Below, piece after piece: positions 9,125 through 18,867 of a DNA stretch of 64,000 nucleotides (the first letter of the stretch is position 1; each line of letters starts with the position of its first letter). Below the pieces are notes generated by a model. That model did no database searches. It was not told where the DNA came from and saw only the letters and a list, made by a program, of their open reading frames with translations. Origin of the DNA: Sedimentisphaerales bacterium. GTDB taxonomy: Bacteria > Planctomycetota > Phycisphaerae > Sedimentisphaerales > SM23-30. The translations under genes and the position numbers were made by a program. The stretch spans positions 288,001 through 352,000 of the forward strand of contig CAXXFK010000028.1 of NCBI GenBank assembly GCA_963663965.2, given 5' to 3'.

Positions 9125-9802
9125 CTATGAACGTCGCCGCCGGAGCAGGCCCAGCCCGCCCATGGCAAACAGCGCCATCGTCGCCGGTTCCGGGACAGCT
9201 TCCCACATGACACCATGAGAACGCTGGGATACATAAGTAGGAGCCGTGGTATCCGCTGTCTGAACGACAGTATAAGTTATTCCGGCGGTTAATGAAACTT
9301 CCGAAGCGATCTTTAACCAGGCATTATTACCACCGGGAGTTCCTGAGCCACCGGTATTTGTATTGTACTCCACAACGACCGGGGCGCCATCGCTGCTGAC
9401 GGTGATAATACTGTTTGCTGTCACATTGGTAGAAGTCGGCCAGGTAATATAAACATTATAAAGCCCGGTACCGCTACCTGTAAGACCGCTGGCCAGATCG
9501 CCGTTGCCCAGATCCAGGCCGGCCGCAATGGTTACATTGTCAAGGTCAACGCCCGGGGTGAATGAATAGGTGTATTCATCGGTCGTTGCCCCATTACCGC
9601 CAAAGGCGCTCCGGCCTGCCGTCGTTCCATAAGCGCCACTGACCGCCGTGGAAAAACTGGCTGCTGTTCCATCACCGGTAAAAGCAAAGTTACTCTTGGC
9701 CAGGCCATCTGCTTCCACCATAAAGGCTGCCTGCACAACGCAGGTCAGGGCCAGAACGGTCATGACCGTCACATACCATCCAAAATGTCTCTTATTCATC
9801 AC
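9125..9802 (-). CDS. PEP-CTERM surface protein (paralog 2)
   Basis: GGAGG SD; signal peptide; C-terminal VPEPATMALFAMGGLGLLRRRRS; collinear with 8414..9079. Confidence 0.9.
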   Translation of the reverse strand: MMNKRHFGWYVTVMTVLALTCVVQAAFMVEADGLAKSNFAFTGDGTAASFSTAVSGAYGTTAGRSAFGGNGATTDEYTYSFTPGVDLDNVTIAAGLDLGNGDLASGLTGSGTGLYNVYITWPTSTNVTANSIITVSSDGAPVVVEYNTNTGGSGTPGGNNAWLKIASEVSLTAGITYTVVQTADTTAPTYVSQRSHGVMWEAVPEPATMALFAMGGLGLLRRRRS

Positions 9803-9846
9803 AGGTCCTCCACTAAAGGATTCATAAAACTAAAAACTGATCACAA

Positions 9847-9871
9847 AACCGGTCCACACATTGGACCGGTT
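9847..9871 (-). terminator. Intergenic hairpin (terminator or mRNA-stabilising stem)
   Basis: Perfect 10-bp stem AACCGGTCCA / TGGACCGGTT between co-directional genes. Confidence 0.5.
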
Positions 9872-9882
9872 GACAACTTCAA

Positions 9883-11367
9883 TTAAAAGTTAACGCAACC
9901 CTCTACGTAGGGTTGGGAACAATCCAGCCAGCCGGCTGCAAAGATGGCAAAATCACCCAAGTCTACTGAACAATCCTCGTTGAAATCATACGGTGAATAG
10001 CCCCAGACGCCGCATTCATTGTCGGCTACATCCACAATGACATCAGCCACTGCGACCCCAAGATATTCTGCCGCGGTGGTACTGATGCTGTGATGGATGG
10101 TGGAGGTGTGGTTGTTCTCGAAGCGGATGTCATCATCTACCGCGGTCACATAGACTTTCTGTGGAATGTACCAGTTCGCGGCAGTGAAGGTAATCTGAGC
10201 GGTCGCCGCCGGGGTGCCCGTTTCAGAAGCGCTGACCACTGTTTGCCCATCGGTTGTAATCATAATGTCAACATTGGCCGTGGGCGGAAATAACAATTTC
10301 ATCTCATAATAATCCATGGTGGAACCCTGCTCGTCAACCATGGTTGCATCGTTATGTTCGTTGATCTGAACGCCCGGCGCCTCGTTATCGATGATATCCA
10401 CGGTAATATAACAGAGCATCCCGCCGTTTAACACCGACAGCGGAGCATCGTTGGGATCGGCCAGATCGGTGGTCTGCCATAAAATAACCTGGTGGTCGGA
10501 CTCCACATCCTGGTCGTCGTAAGCTTTGACGACGACGGTTTTCTCCTGGGTCCAGTTTTCCGGCGTAAAGATCACGGTTGTCGTGTTCAGTGAGTCGTTC
10601 AGCCATACCTGATTCGGTTCTGAAGCGGTTACTGTATAAATGACGTCTCCCGGAGGAGCGCTGTCCATAACCAGGGTATAACTCTGGCCGACATTGCCTT
10701 CAATGACTGTCATTTCGCTGACGCTTGCCGACAACGGAAACGGAGTGTCCGCCACTTTCTCCCACAAGATGCCTTGAGCCCGTATTTTGGCGTAACCCGT
10801 CCCGGTCCCATTGGCCACCTCGGTCACGGTATAGGTGTTTCCGGCAGTAAGCGGGACATTCGATGCCAGTAATAACCATTGGTTATTGCCGATCTTGTTG
10901 CCGGGGTTCGGATTGCCGAAACCATTTACGTTCATATTGACGAAGGGAAGATAAATATCCTCATCGTCGTTGGCAATGGTAATATTAACGCCGCCGGTGT
11001 TGGTTGAATCGGACCATGGCCAGGTAATATAGACATTAAATAGTCCGGAACTGCATCCGGTCATGTTGGTCGACAGATCGCCATTGCCTAGGTTAACCCC
11101 CACGCCCGGCATGAAATTATCAATATCATATCCCGGTGTATAGGTAAATACAAAGGTGTCGCCCGCCACGGTATCAAACATACTTTTGGCGGCAGTTGTT
11201 CCTACAGCCGTACTGCGCGAACTTTCATAGGGACCTGCGGAACCGGTAAAATGATCATTCGCCAGTCCGCTGGAGTGAGCCTCAATGATATACGCCGCTT
11301 GTACATTACTGGCGCAGATCAATACCGCTGTTACAATCAACATTAATGTTACCCTGCATGCTTTCAT
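9883..11367 (-). CDS. Secreted protein: the same N-terminal domain as the two PEP-CTERM proteins, two Calx-beta-like repeats and a C-terminal dockerin-like repeat
   Basis: ATG 11367 with GGAGG SD (ORF track gives 11412); shared motifs YTPG.D.DN, LGNGDL, NVYITWP and LTAG.TYTV; repeats FT..NW….V.V.A.DD; tail YDFNEDCSVDLGDFAIFAAGWLDC. Confidence 0.85.
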   Translation of the reverse strand: MKACRVTLMLIVTAVLICASNVQAAYIIEAHSSGLANDHFTGSAGPYESSRSTAVGTTAAKSMFDTVAGDTFVFTYTPGYDIDNFMPGVGVNLGNGDLSTNMTGCSSGLFNVYITWPWSDSTNTGGVNITIANDDEDIYLPFVNMNVNGFGNPNPGNKIGNNQWLLLASNVPLTAGNTYTVTEVANGTGTGYAKIRAQGILWEKVADTPFPLSASVSEMTVIEGNVGQSYTLVMDSAPPGDVIYTVTASEPNQVWLNDSLNTTTVIFTPENWTQEKTVVVKAYDDQDVESDHQVILWQTTDLADPNDAPLSVLNGGMLCYITVDIIDNEAPGVQINEHNDATMVDEQGSTMDYYEMKLLFPPTANVDIMITTDGQTVVSASETGTPAATAQITFTAANWYIPQKVYVTAVDDDIRFENNHTSTIHHSISTTAAEYLGVAVADVIVDVADNECGVWGYSPYDFNEDCSVDLGDFAIFAAGWLDCSQPYVEGCVNF

Positions 11368-11892
11368 CTTGCCTGCCTCCATAATTGAGAGGTCAACAGT
11401 ATATACCCACACGCATCCTCTGTAGACAATATATACCTGTGTCAGAAACCAGAAGATACGAACATTAGACTATTTGTAACAAACCTCTATAAAATTGATT
11501 AGTTATAGCATAAACTAAATCCCTCAATTTGTCAATATAAAATAGTATTATGTTTTTCTTCAAGCCGGTAACGATGAATCGCCTTGCAATCAAACAAGTT
11601 ATGATCTTTTAAAATCGTATGATGCTTAATGAGTGACTGGTTACTTCCATGCACCCTAATCTCTTGTATTATCTCCTCATGGCCATCTGTACCGTTTTGC
11701 GTCGCACAATAAGCGGGATGTGTTGCATGGTTCTCTATCTTAGCTATATTCTCTAAATTGATAATTATTATGAATAAGGCTAACAATAATTTAATTGGAC
11801 ATGTTATCATTTTGTTGTATTCATTTATTGTATATTCTGAAAAGTAACCGTTTTAAGTCGTTTTTATAATAGTGTTCATTGCCAGGATAAAA

Positions 11893-12424
11893 ATGATGAA
11901 AAAGCTGGTTTTCCTGTCGTTGGTGTTGGTCGTTCTGACGGCTCCTGTTTTTGCCAATACGACTACGATTGAAGTGTATGCCTATAACCACTGGACCCAG
12001 TCACCCCTGTCAACGGGTCTTTTTAACTGTCGGTGATCGGTTGACTATTACCGCTGCACAAGATGATCTCTGGAGTGCGGGCGACAGTTCAGTGGATAAC
12101 CGGATTTCCAATGCTAATGGCCTTGATAATTTCCCGCTCTACACCTACGGAGGTTTCAGTGCGGAATATGGCTCACTGGTTGGCTGTATCGGTACCGGAA
12201 ATTACTTCAAAGTAGGTACCAGTTATGATGCCTGTGTATCGGATACCGGTGAACTGCAGCTGATGTACTGGGATTCCAATTTCGAAGACAACAGCGGATT
12301 GGTCTCAGCAATCACCACCAATATCAATATTTGTCCCAATCCTCCGTCTGTTCCCGCACCGGCCGCCCTGATTCTGGGGTCACTGGGTACCGGCCTGGTT
12401 GGCTGGATCTGTCGCAAAGCTTAA
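11893..12424 (+). CDS. PEP-CTERM-like (PAP-tail) surface protein with a LecA/PA-IL-like body; frameshifted at the T-run 12020-12024
   Basis: Frame 1 from ATG 11893 gives signal peptide MMKKLVFLSLVLVVLTAPVFA…STGL; frame 2 continues LTVGDRLTIT…DDLWSAG…YGSLVG.IG…YWDSNFEDNSG and ends VPAPAALILGSLGTGLVGWICRKA. Confidence 0.75.
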
Positions 12425-12461
12425 ACGCTCAACCGCGATTTGATTTTTTAATTTTCCAAAC

Positions 12462-12493
12462 AAAGCCGCCTGACCCTCAGGGCGGTTTTTTTT
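12462..12493 (+). terminator. Rho-independent terminator
   Basis: AAGCCGCC…GGCGGTT stem followed by a T-run. Confidence 0.75.
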
Positions 12494-12757
12494 ATTGCAT
12501 TTATGCAAATTTGGGCAGCCCAGATGCCGGCCAGCTGCCAATTAGTCGGAATTATACCAAACAAACCCATTAGGGTGTAATTGACTGACAACAGAAATTG
12601 GCTTTTGCTCCACCCACTCCAAACCTCAATTTCACTTTCTATCTAACATTGGATAAAAAGCTAACCCATTTGTTTCAGCAAACTTATATCTAATGCGAAA
12701 GGAAGCCAATTTATCCGGTAACTGATCGCTTTCGCCTGGCTGAGGCTCTTTCTTTTC

Positions 12758-12786
12758 TTGACAGATTGATGCAATGAGATTAGCAT
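12758..12786 (+). promoter_or_regulatory. Putative sigma70 promoter for the DUF1080 gene
   Basis: TTGACA-17 bp-TAGCAT. Confidence 0.55.
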
Positions 12787-12913
12787 TAATGGAGTTAATC
12801 AATGTGTTGGCTTTCCTGTGAGGTTAATAAATCCAAAAACTGATTAATAAAATAGCGTAATTCGTTTCACTGAATTTTAAGTTATATAAGGCAATTAATT
12901 GAAGGAGCCTGTT

Positions 12914-13813
12914 ATGAAATTTAGGTATATTCTCTTAACTGTTTGTATGGCATTAAGTTGCCTTTGTCTGGTTTCTTGTGATGACGATAATGAAATGGAG
13001 GGCGATAATCAACCGACAGTTGCTCAAAACGAAACGAATGAACAGGTTGTCGCACCCGCGCCGCAAACTGAAGCCAAACCCGAACCGGCTCCCGAACCAT
13101 GCTGTGATTTGTGCGAAGCAACCGGCGGATTGCTCTGCCGCAAGAATCTGGCCGTTTTGAACCAGGAAGCGTTGGATAAGCAGCTCAAGGATGGCGCCCT
13201 GACCAAAGTCAGTTTATTTGACGGCCAGACACTCGATGGCTGGACCAAACAGGATGGCAAGCCCATCGAAAAAGGCTGGGTAGTCGAAGATGGCACCATT
13301 TATCGCAATGATTCCGGTGGCAGCCTCCATACCGCCAAAGAATATACCAATTTCATTTTTGATATCGAATGGAAGATTTCGCCCAAAGGCAATTCCGGTA
13401 TCAAATATCGTTTTACCAAATACGGCAATAGCTGGAACGGGCCGGAATACCAGGTGCTCGATGATGCCGGCCATCCCGACGCCAAATTGGGTGACGGCAA
13501 GCGTAAGGTAGCCTGTCTCTATGATATCCTGGCTGCCGATACTTCCGGGGTTTATAAAGAACCCGGCGAATGGAACCAGACCCGAATTGTGGCTTACGGC
13601 CCGATTGTTCAGCATTGGCTCAATGGGAAAATGGTTTTGCAATATAATACAGATACCCAGGAATTTAAAGACGCCGTCCAGGCCAGCAAATTCAAAGATT
13701 ACCCCAATTATGCTGCCATTCAGACCGGCCGGATCCATTTGCAAGACCATAACGACCCCGTTTGGTACCGGAATATCAGTATGATTGAACTACCTGCTGG
13801 CGAACAACAATAA
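12914..13813 (+). CDS. DUF1080 (3-keto-disaccharide hydrolase family) lipoprotein
   Basis: AAGGAG SD before ATG 12914; lipobox LVSC; motifs LFDGQTLDGW, GNSGIKY, EYQVLDD, GEWN and IHLQDH..PVWYRNI. Confidence 0.88.
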   Translation: MKFRYILLTVCMALSCLCLVSCDDDNEMEGDNQPTVAQNETNEQVVAPAPQTEAKPEPAPEPCCDLCEATGGLLCRKNLAVLNQEALDKQLKDGALTKVSLFDGQTLDGWTKQDGKPIEKGWVVEDGTIYRNDSGGSLHTAKEYTNFIFDIEWKISPKGNSGIKYRFTKYGNSWNGPEYQVLDDAGHPDAKLGDGKRKVACLYDILAADTSGVYKEPGEWNQTRIVAYGPIVQHWLNGKMVLQYNTDTQEFKDAVQASKFKDYPNYAAIQTGRIHLQDHNDPVWYRNISMIELPAGEQQ

Positions 13814-13846
13814 GCCACCCCTGTTTTCTGACGATAATCAGAAAGC

Positions 13847-14371
13847 ATGGAGAGTAATATAGCGCCAAATCCTTATAATATCACCGAATGGAATAACCAG
13901 TATTCCAGAACGGTCCTGATTGCGGACATGAAAATCAGCCGCAATCCCCGTGAAAGTCTGATAACCTATGGATTGGGTTCTTGCGTGGCGGTTATGCTGT
14001 ACGATCCCATCCGTAGGGTTGGGGGGATGTTACATTATTTGTTGCCGGTTGCCGATGATAAGGGTCTGAAAGCCAACCCGATGCGCTATGGTGATTCTGG
14101 GATTATCGGACTGTATCGATCCGTGATACGTGCCGGGGGGGAACATTGCCGACTGATTGTCAAAGCAGTGGGTGGCTCTACGATTAACCAGCCTGACAAT
14201 GAAAAAAGCATCGGTCGGCAGAATTGTGTGATCTATTACGAAATGCTGAAGGAATTAAGATTAAATTCAGGATTGAACGATCTGGGTGGCTTTTGCAGTC
14301 GTACCGCGATATTAAAGATTGAAGATGGCCAGGTCTTGGTTCGCAGCAAAGGGGTCCTGTCAACTTTATAA
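13847..14371 (+). CDS. cheD: Chemoreceptor glutamine deamidase CheD
   Basis: TYGLGSCVAV.LYDP, GGMLHYLLP, RYGDSGI, KAVGG, IG.QN and DLGG..SRT. Confidence 0.88.
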   Translation: MESNIAPNPYNITEWNNQYSRTVLIADMKISRNPRESLITYGLGSCVAVMLYDPIRRVGGMLHYLLPVADDKGLKANPMRYGDSGIIGLYRSVIRAGGEHCRLIVKAVGGSTINQPDNEKSIGRQNCVIYYEMLKELRLNSGLNDLGGFCSRTAILKIEDGQVLVRSKGVLSTL

Positions 14372-14383
14372 TCAGACCCCTGA

Positions 14384-15448
14384 TTATAAAATCAGCATGG
14401 CGTCGCCATAGCTGAAAAATCGATATTTTTCCTTGATGGCTATTTGGTATGCTTCTTTGATAAAGTCAAGACCGGCAAAAGCGCTCACCAGCGCCAGTAA
14501 AGTCGAGCGGGGCAGATGAAAGTTGGTGATCAGAACATCCGTTGCCTTGAATTCATATCCCGGTTTGATAAAGATATCCGTTTCGCCCTGACCGGCGTTG
14601 ATTGAACCGCTCTGGGCGATGGATTCCAGCGTCCGAACGCTGGTAGTCCCCACCGGAACAATCCGCCCTTTAATATTCCGGGTTTGATTGATAATCCCGG
14701 CATTACGCTGGTTCAGTGCATACCATTCCGAATGCATGATATGTTCGTTAAGATTATCTACGGTAACCGGTCGAAATGTGCCCACACCGACATGCAGGGT
14801 TACTTCTGCCCGTTGAATGCCTAGTTGCTCCAGTCTGGTTAACAGTTCGGGAGTAAAATGTAATCCGGCGGTTGGCGCCGCGACCGATCCGGCGACACTG
14901 GCATAGACCGTCTGGTAACGGTATCGGTCATTTTCGTCAGTTATAAGATCCCGTTCCCGGTGAATATAAGGGGGCAGGGGGGTCATGCCGTAACGGTTAA
15001 GCAGATCCAGATGGTGCATGGGATGAACCGGACTGATCAGCCAGTGCCCGTCACCCAGTCGCTCAATGGCTTTGATCTCGATAGTGGGTGTTCCTTTGCT
15101 CTGCTCGATAAAAGCCGGTTCTAATAGCAGAACTTCTCCAGGTTTGACCTTGCCGGCGCCTTTAAGCAGGGTTACCCAGTTCCTTTGTTCATCCAGATGT
15201 AAAAACAGCCCTTCCAGTTTACCGCCTGTTTGACGTTTCATGAAAAATCGGGCTGGAATAACCTGAGTATTGTTTAAGACCAGGCAGTCATTAGGACATA
15301 AATAGGCTTCGATGTCTCGAAAATGACGGTGTTCAATTTGACCCTTGTTTCGATGTAAAACCATCAGCCGTGAACTACTACGATCAACCGTCGCCTGCTG
15401 AGCGATCAATTCTTCCGGTAAGTAAAAATCCAGTTCATCAGTTCTCAT
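14384..15448 (-). CDS. queA: S-adenosylmethionine:tRNA ribosyltransferase-isomerase
   Basis: LPEELIAQ, PLPPYI, YQTVYA, GSVAAPTAGLHFT, VTLHVGVGTF, LITNFHLP.STL and YRFFSYGDAMLI. Confidence 0.97.
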   Translation of the reverse strand: MRTDELDFYLPEELIAQQATVDRSSSRLMVLHRNKGQIEHRHFRDIEAYLCPNDCLVLNNTQVIPARFFMKRQTGGKLEGLFLHLDEQRNWVTLLKGAGKVKPGEVLLLEPAFIEQSKGTPTIEIKAIERLGDGHWLISPVHPMHHLDLLNRYGMTPLPPYIHRERDLITDENDRYRYQTVYASVAGSVAAPTAGLHFTPELLTRLEQLGIQRAEVTLHVGVGTFRPVTVDNLNEHIMHSEWYALNQRNAGIINQTRNIKGRIVPVGTTSVRTLESIAQSGSINAGQGETDIFIKPGYEFKATDVLITNFHLPRSTLLALVSAFAGLDFIKEAYQIAIKEKYRFFSYGDAMLIL

Positions 15449-15698
15449 ATCCGGAGGTTATCAGACCAGAGGTTACGAGCAAAGAATTTTCTGAAAAAAA
15501 AATTCAATTCTCCGTTTCAGTTTAAAGCCGTTTAAATAAGTTTTTGCGGTTTTGCCGGTTATTCAGGTTATTAGGCTCGATAAAGTTTTAAGTTTTAATA
15601 GTCGAAAGAAAATGTGTAACGGGGATAGTGGGAAACGCGAAACCCGGCCTTAAAATTGAAACATGTGTAGATAACCCACTAGATAAACGAGTATTATA

Positions 15699-15896
15699 AT
15701 GGCGATCCGCATAGATTATGAGCAATTGGTTCAAAGCATTCAGTCGATGTCTCGAGAAGATGTGACCAGCGAAATTCTCCGTTTCAATGGCCGGTTCCGT
15801 CTGGACTTCACCGAGGAATATCTTAATCAGATATCCGTCGATCGATTACGCCATATTCTGCTGGCAGCCAAGATGCAACATTATCATATTAATTGA
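15699..15896 (+). CDS. Small hypothetical protein (65 aa)
   Basis: Sole ORF between divergent queA and a terminator; natural-looking helical sequence (F.LDFTEEYL….DRLRHILLAA). Confidence 0.7.
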   Translation: MAIRIDYEQLVQSIQSMSREDVTSEILRFNGRFRLDFTEEYLNQISVDRLRHILLAAKMQHYHIN

Positions 15897-15949
15897 AGCT
15901 GAAGTTGATCTGCTGCCAGGTATATTTTATTAACATTATCGGATGTAAA

Positions 15950-15990
15950 ACAGCCCCGTAAGTTTGGTGACTGACGGGGCTGTATTTTTT
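15950..15990. terminator. Probable bidirectional terminator between convergent genes
   Basis: ACAGCCCCGT / ACGGGGCTGT stem with an A-run on the left and a T-run on the right. Confidence 0.75.
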
Positions 15991-16001
15991 GCGATTTTTT
16001 T

Positions 16002-18347
16002 TCAGGGTAATGAAATGGTCATCGGCCAGCCTTCGAATTGTTCATCCGCTTTTGACTGGGTGGGATCACTGCCATATCGCCAGGCTTCCATCGTTATTGT
16101 CCGTTTGTTTTTGTCACATCGTAATATACCCCATCCGGAAGTCTTCTGAATACCCAACTCTTCCAGAGACTGGGTTTTTTCAGGCTTGGGGGGATTGCCG
16201 ACAGCCAATACGGTCATTAGATTTCCGAATCCATCATGATAGCGTCCGGTATTGGGACGGTTATCGATCCGATCACCTTCCCGTTGATGGGGTGTTTCTT
16301 CTGGTCGCCACCAGCGCGGATAACCAGTACAACCTGCAGGTATGCAAAAACTGTATACGGAGTCTTCCCAATTCTTAATACCCTGTTGAATGATGGTAGT
16401 AATGTGTTGGTCTCCGGCAAAAACAAAGGCTTTCCCTTTCAGTGCTGCCAGAAATCGGTTCCGGCCATCCTGGGGCCAGCCATTTGAATCCATATCGGCA
16501 AAAAGATAACCATTATAACCTCCGTGGTGAGTGGCGGCATTGCAGGGGATGGTCTGGCTGACAACGATTTTCATTGCTTCCGGCTCTCGATGGTTAATCC
16601 AGTCCTGGATAAACTCAAGCTGGCGGGGACCATACAACCAGGCTTTAGGATCATTACATCCCTGGGCATCAACGGGATTGTCGATATGGTCGGGCCGGGG
16701 ACCGTTATGTTTAAAGTCGATCGTCATAGGGCCTGCTTTAAATTTACGGTCTTCCAGAATCGCAAAACTAATGCCTCCGTAGAATAAATCGGTATAATAA
16801 ACTGATATTCCCTGTTCAACCGGAGTAGAATCATAAGGATCGGGCAGATGAGCCGTCTGGCTGCGCTGAATAGCGTTTAACCAGCGGGCGGGTTGGACGT
16901 AACCACCGAGATTGCCCACGGTTTGGGAGTTGCCGTAGCCACTACGGCTATTCCACTCTGTTAAGGAAATTCTACGGCCATTCTGGCCCCAGACATTACC
17001 CTGATAGACATCATGGTCATCAGGCATGACTATCGATGGGCAAGTTGCTGTTTGATCTCGGCAGGCCCACATCAACAGGCTGACTTTACGAAGATAATTG
17101 GTGAACATAAGATCCATGTCCCCTTCACGCATGATACCGAAACCACCACTGTCTTCATAAAACTGATCACCCAGAAAAACTAACAGATCAGGATTTTGCT
17201 TGCGCAGGTTATTAAAAATACCTGGATATGGAAACATATAATCGGTAAAGCAAACTAATCCGGCTATAATCAGAGGATTTTTATCAACGGGATTTTTTCG
17301 AATGACCCCGGCATAGTAGTAGTCAGTTTTCCGGCCAACCCGGTCGATTTGCTGCCAGTGCAGGCGATATACCTGATCGCGCGAGTCATTCCAATCGGTA
17401 ATGCGGAACAATGCTGTGTATGAATCACAATCAATGAACTGGCGGTCAATTTCATCCCAGGTGGTGCCTTTTTTAATTTGCAGGCCAACCGTCTGGCTGT
17501 CATCGGGACCAATGGGCGGCATCTGGGCCGTCATCTTCATAATATTGCGGTTAACGGTATAATTGCTCCATAAAATCGGTCCAAATACATGATCTGGAGA
17601 TTTTGATAAACGCGACCCCGATATTTGCCATTGATCGAAAAATAGTAAGCCATCACGATTTACGGATTGGCGTGGAAATTCACAAAATAATCCGATATTG
17701 CCTGCCAGATTGGCGGCCGGGATCGGTTTACTGACGACTTCAGATTGGTGGGTACCATAAGTGACAGTCAATTTGAGAGTTGTCATCTGTGTATTGGTCT
17801 GATTGATGAATTCGCATTTTAACTGAATGGGAAGGCCGGATTGAACAGCCTTTAAAATCTCAGGATTGATGGCGGATTCCTTGTCGTCGATATAGGCGGT
17901 TCCATCAGTCTTTAAGCCTGCGAAAATACCTTTATTGGAAATCAATCGACTCTGATAACCATCCAGTGGATCATCGATTTGAATGGCCAGTTTAAATCCA
18001 GCCGATCCTTTGACCGGGACTATTTCAGGAGTAAACCTGAGAATAATTGAAGTTTCCAGTGTACCGGCCTGGTCGGATACCTGACAGAGCAGATTTTGGA
18101 TATTCAAACCGGGTGACGGTTCCATACAGGCCAGTTTGCCATCAATAATGGACCAGCGTTCCCAGGGATTGGCCCAGCAATCCGATCCAATCCAGATGCG
18201 ATCAGGCATTGAATTCCAGGATGAGTGAAATTCTTTCGCCTGGCATGGATGAAATAGGCCATAAATCGACTGAATCATCATCGTAGTAAGCATCACATTG
18301 AATAATTTGTTGAAAAGGTTCATGGTAACTCCAGCTATGAATTTCAT
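16002..18347 (-). CDS. PhoD-like (alkaline phosphatase D family) secreted metallophosphoesterase
   Basis: PDLLVFLGDQFYE, MPDDHDVYQGN, FAILEDRKFK, DMDSNGWP and FAGDQH. Confidence 0.8.
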   Translation of the reverse strand: MKFIAGVTMNLFNKLFNVMLTTMMIQSIYGLFHPCQAKEFHSSWNSMPDRIWIGSDCWANPWERWSIIDGKLACMEPSPGLNIQNLLCQVSDQAGTLETSIILRFTPEIVPVKGSAGFKLAIQIDDPLDGYQSRLISNKGIFAGLKTDGTAYIDDKESAINPEILKAVQSGLPIQLKCEFINQTNTQMTTLKLTVTYGTHQSEVVSKPIPAANLAGNIGLFCEFPRQSVNRDGLLFFDQWQISGSRLSKSPDHVFGPILWSNYTVNRNIMKMTAQMPPIGPDDSQTVGLQIKKGTTWDEIDRQFIDCDSYTALFRITDWNDSRDQVYRLHWQQIDRVGRKTDYYYAGVIRKNPVDKNPLIIAGLVCFTDYMFPYPGIFNNLRKQNPDLLVFLGDQFYEDSGGFGIMREGDMDLMFTNYLRKVSLLMWACRDQTATCPSIVMPDDHDVYQGNVWGQNGRRISLTEWNSRSGYGNSQTVGNLGGYVQPARWLNAIQRSQTAHLPDPYDSTPVEQGISVYYTDLFYGGISFAILEDRKFKAGPMTIDFKHNGPRPDHIDNPVDAQGCNDPKAWLYGPRQLEFIQDWINHREPEAMKIVVSQTIPCNAATHHGGYNGYLFADMDSNGWPQDGRNRFLAALKGKAFVFAGDQHITTIIQQGIKNWEDSVYSFCIPAGCTGYPRWWRPEETPHQREGDRIDNRPNTGRYHDGFGNLMTVLAVGNPPKPEKTQSLEELGIQKTSGWGILRCDKNKRTITMEAWRYGSDPTQSKADEQFEGWPMTISLP

Positions 18348-18867
18348 TAAAATAAGTTAAAATTCAACCAAATCAGTATACTATGGTATTTGAACTCATT
18401 GTCCATATTTTTTATTGCGCCAAAATTTAAAAAAATAGATTTTACGTCGTTTTGGAAATTTTCTGTGGAAAACGATAAATTGGGGTGAGTAATAATTAAA
18501 TAGACAAACGATCGAACCCGGCAGGAGCAGGGAAGTATCTTTGCGGTCGCCGGCCGAGAAGTTATTGGTTTCATTCTATCGGATGAGCTTTCCTTCGGAA
18601 GGTCTGTCTTGGATTCGAAACGCGTTCACTTGAAAAGCCTTTTTGTTGATCTCTTTATATTTTACATGATTATGAAGAGGTGAAGGGTATTTTTGAGTCG
18701 GGAAGAAAAGATGTTTGTTAATTTAAACACCCAGGGAAATGACTTTATCTGCGAGGGATCAGCCCGGCTTGCCGCAATCAGTAAAAATGTTGACGGTGAA
18801 GTTGCTTGTTCCCTTCCGGCAATTTTGCCCAGATACCAGTGAAGGGAGTTTCAAGGAGTGCGTAAGT

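Noticed and set aside
11532..11810. 92-aa ORF in the AT-rich divergent region
   Set aside because: It has no SD or recognisable motif; the region is more likely shared promoter DNA.
11412..11893. Sigma54 (-24/-12) promoter expected upstream of PEP-CTERM genes
   Set aside because: I found no correctly spaced TGGCAC-N5-TTGC-like match on either strand.
15601..15685. GAAA…ACGCGAAACCCGGCCTTAA resembling a c-di-GMP-I riboswitch
   Set aside because: It lacks the GCAAAC/P2 stem and a pairing P3 arm; the similarity is only partial.
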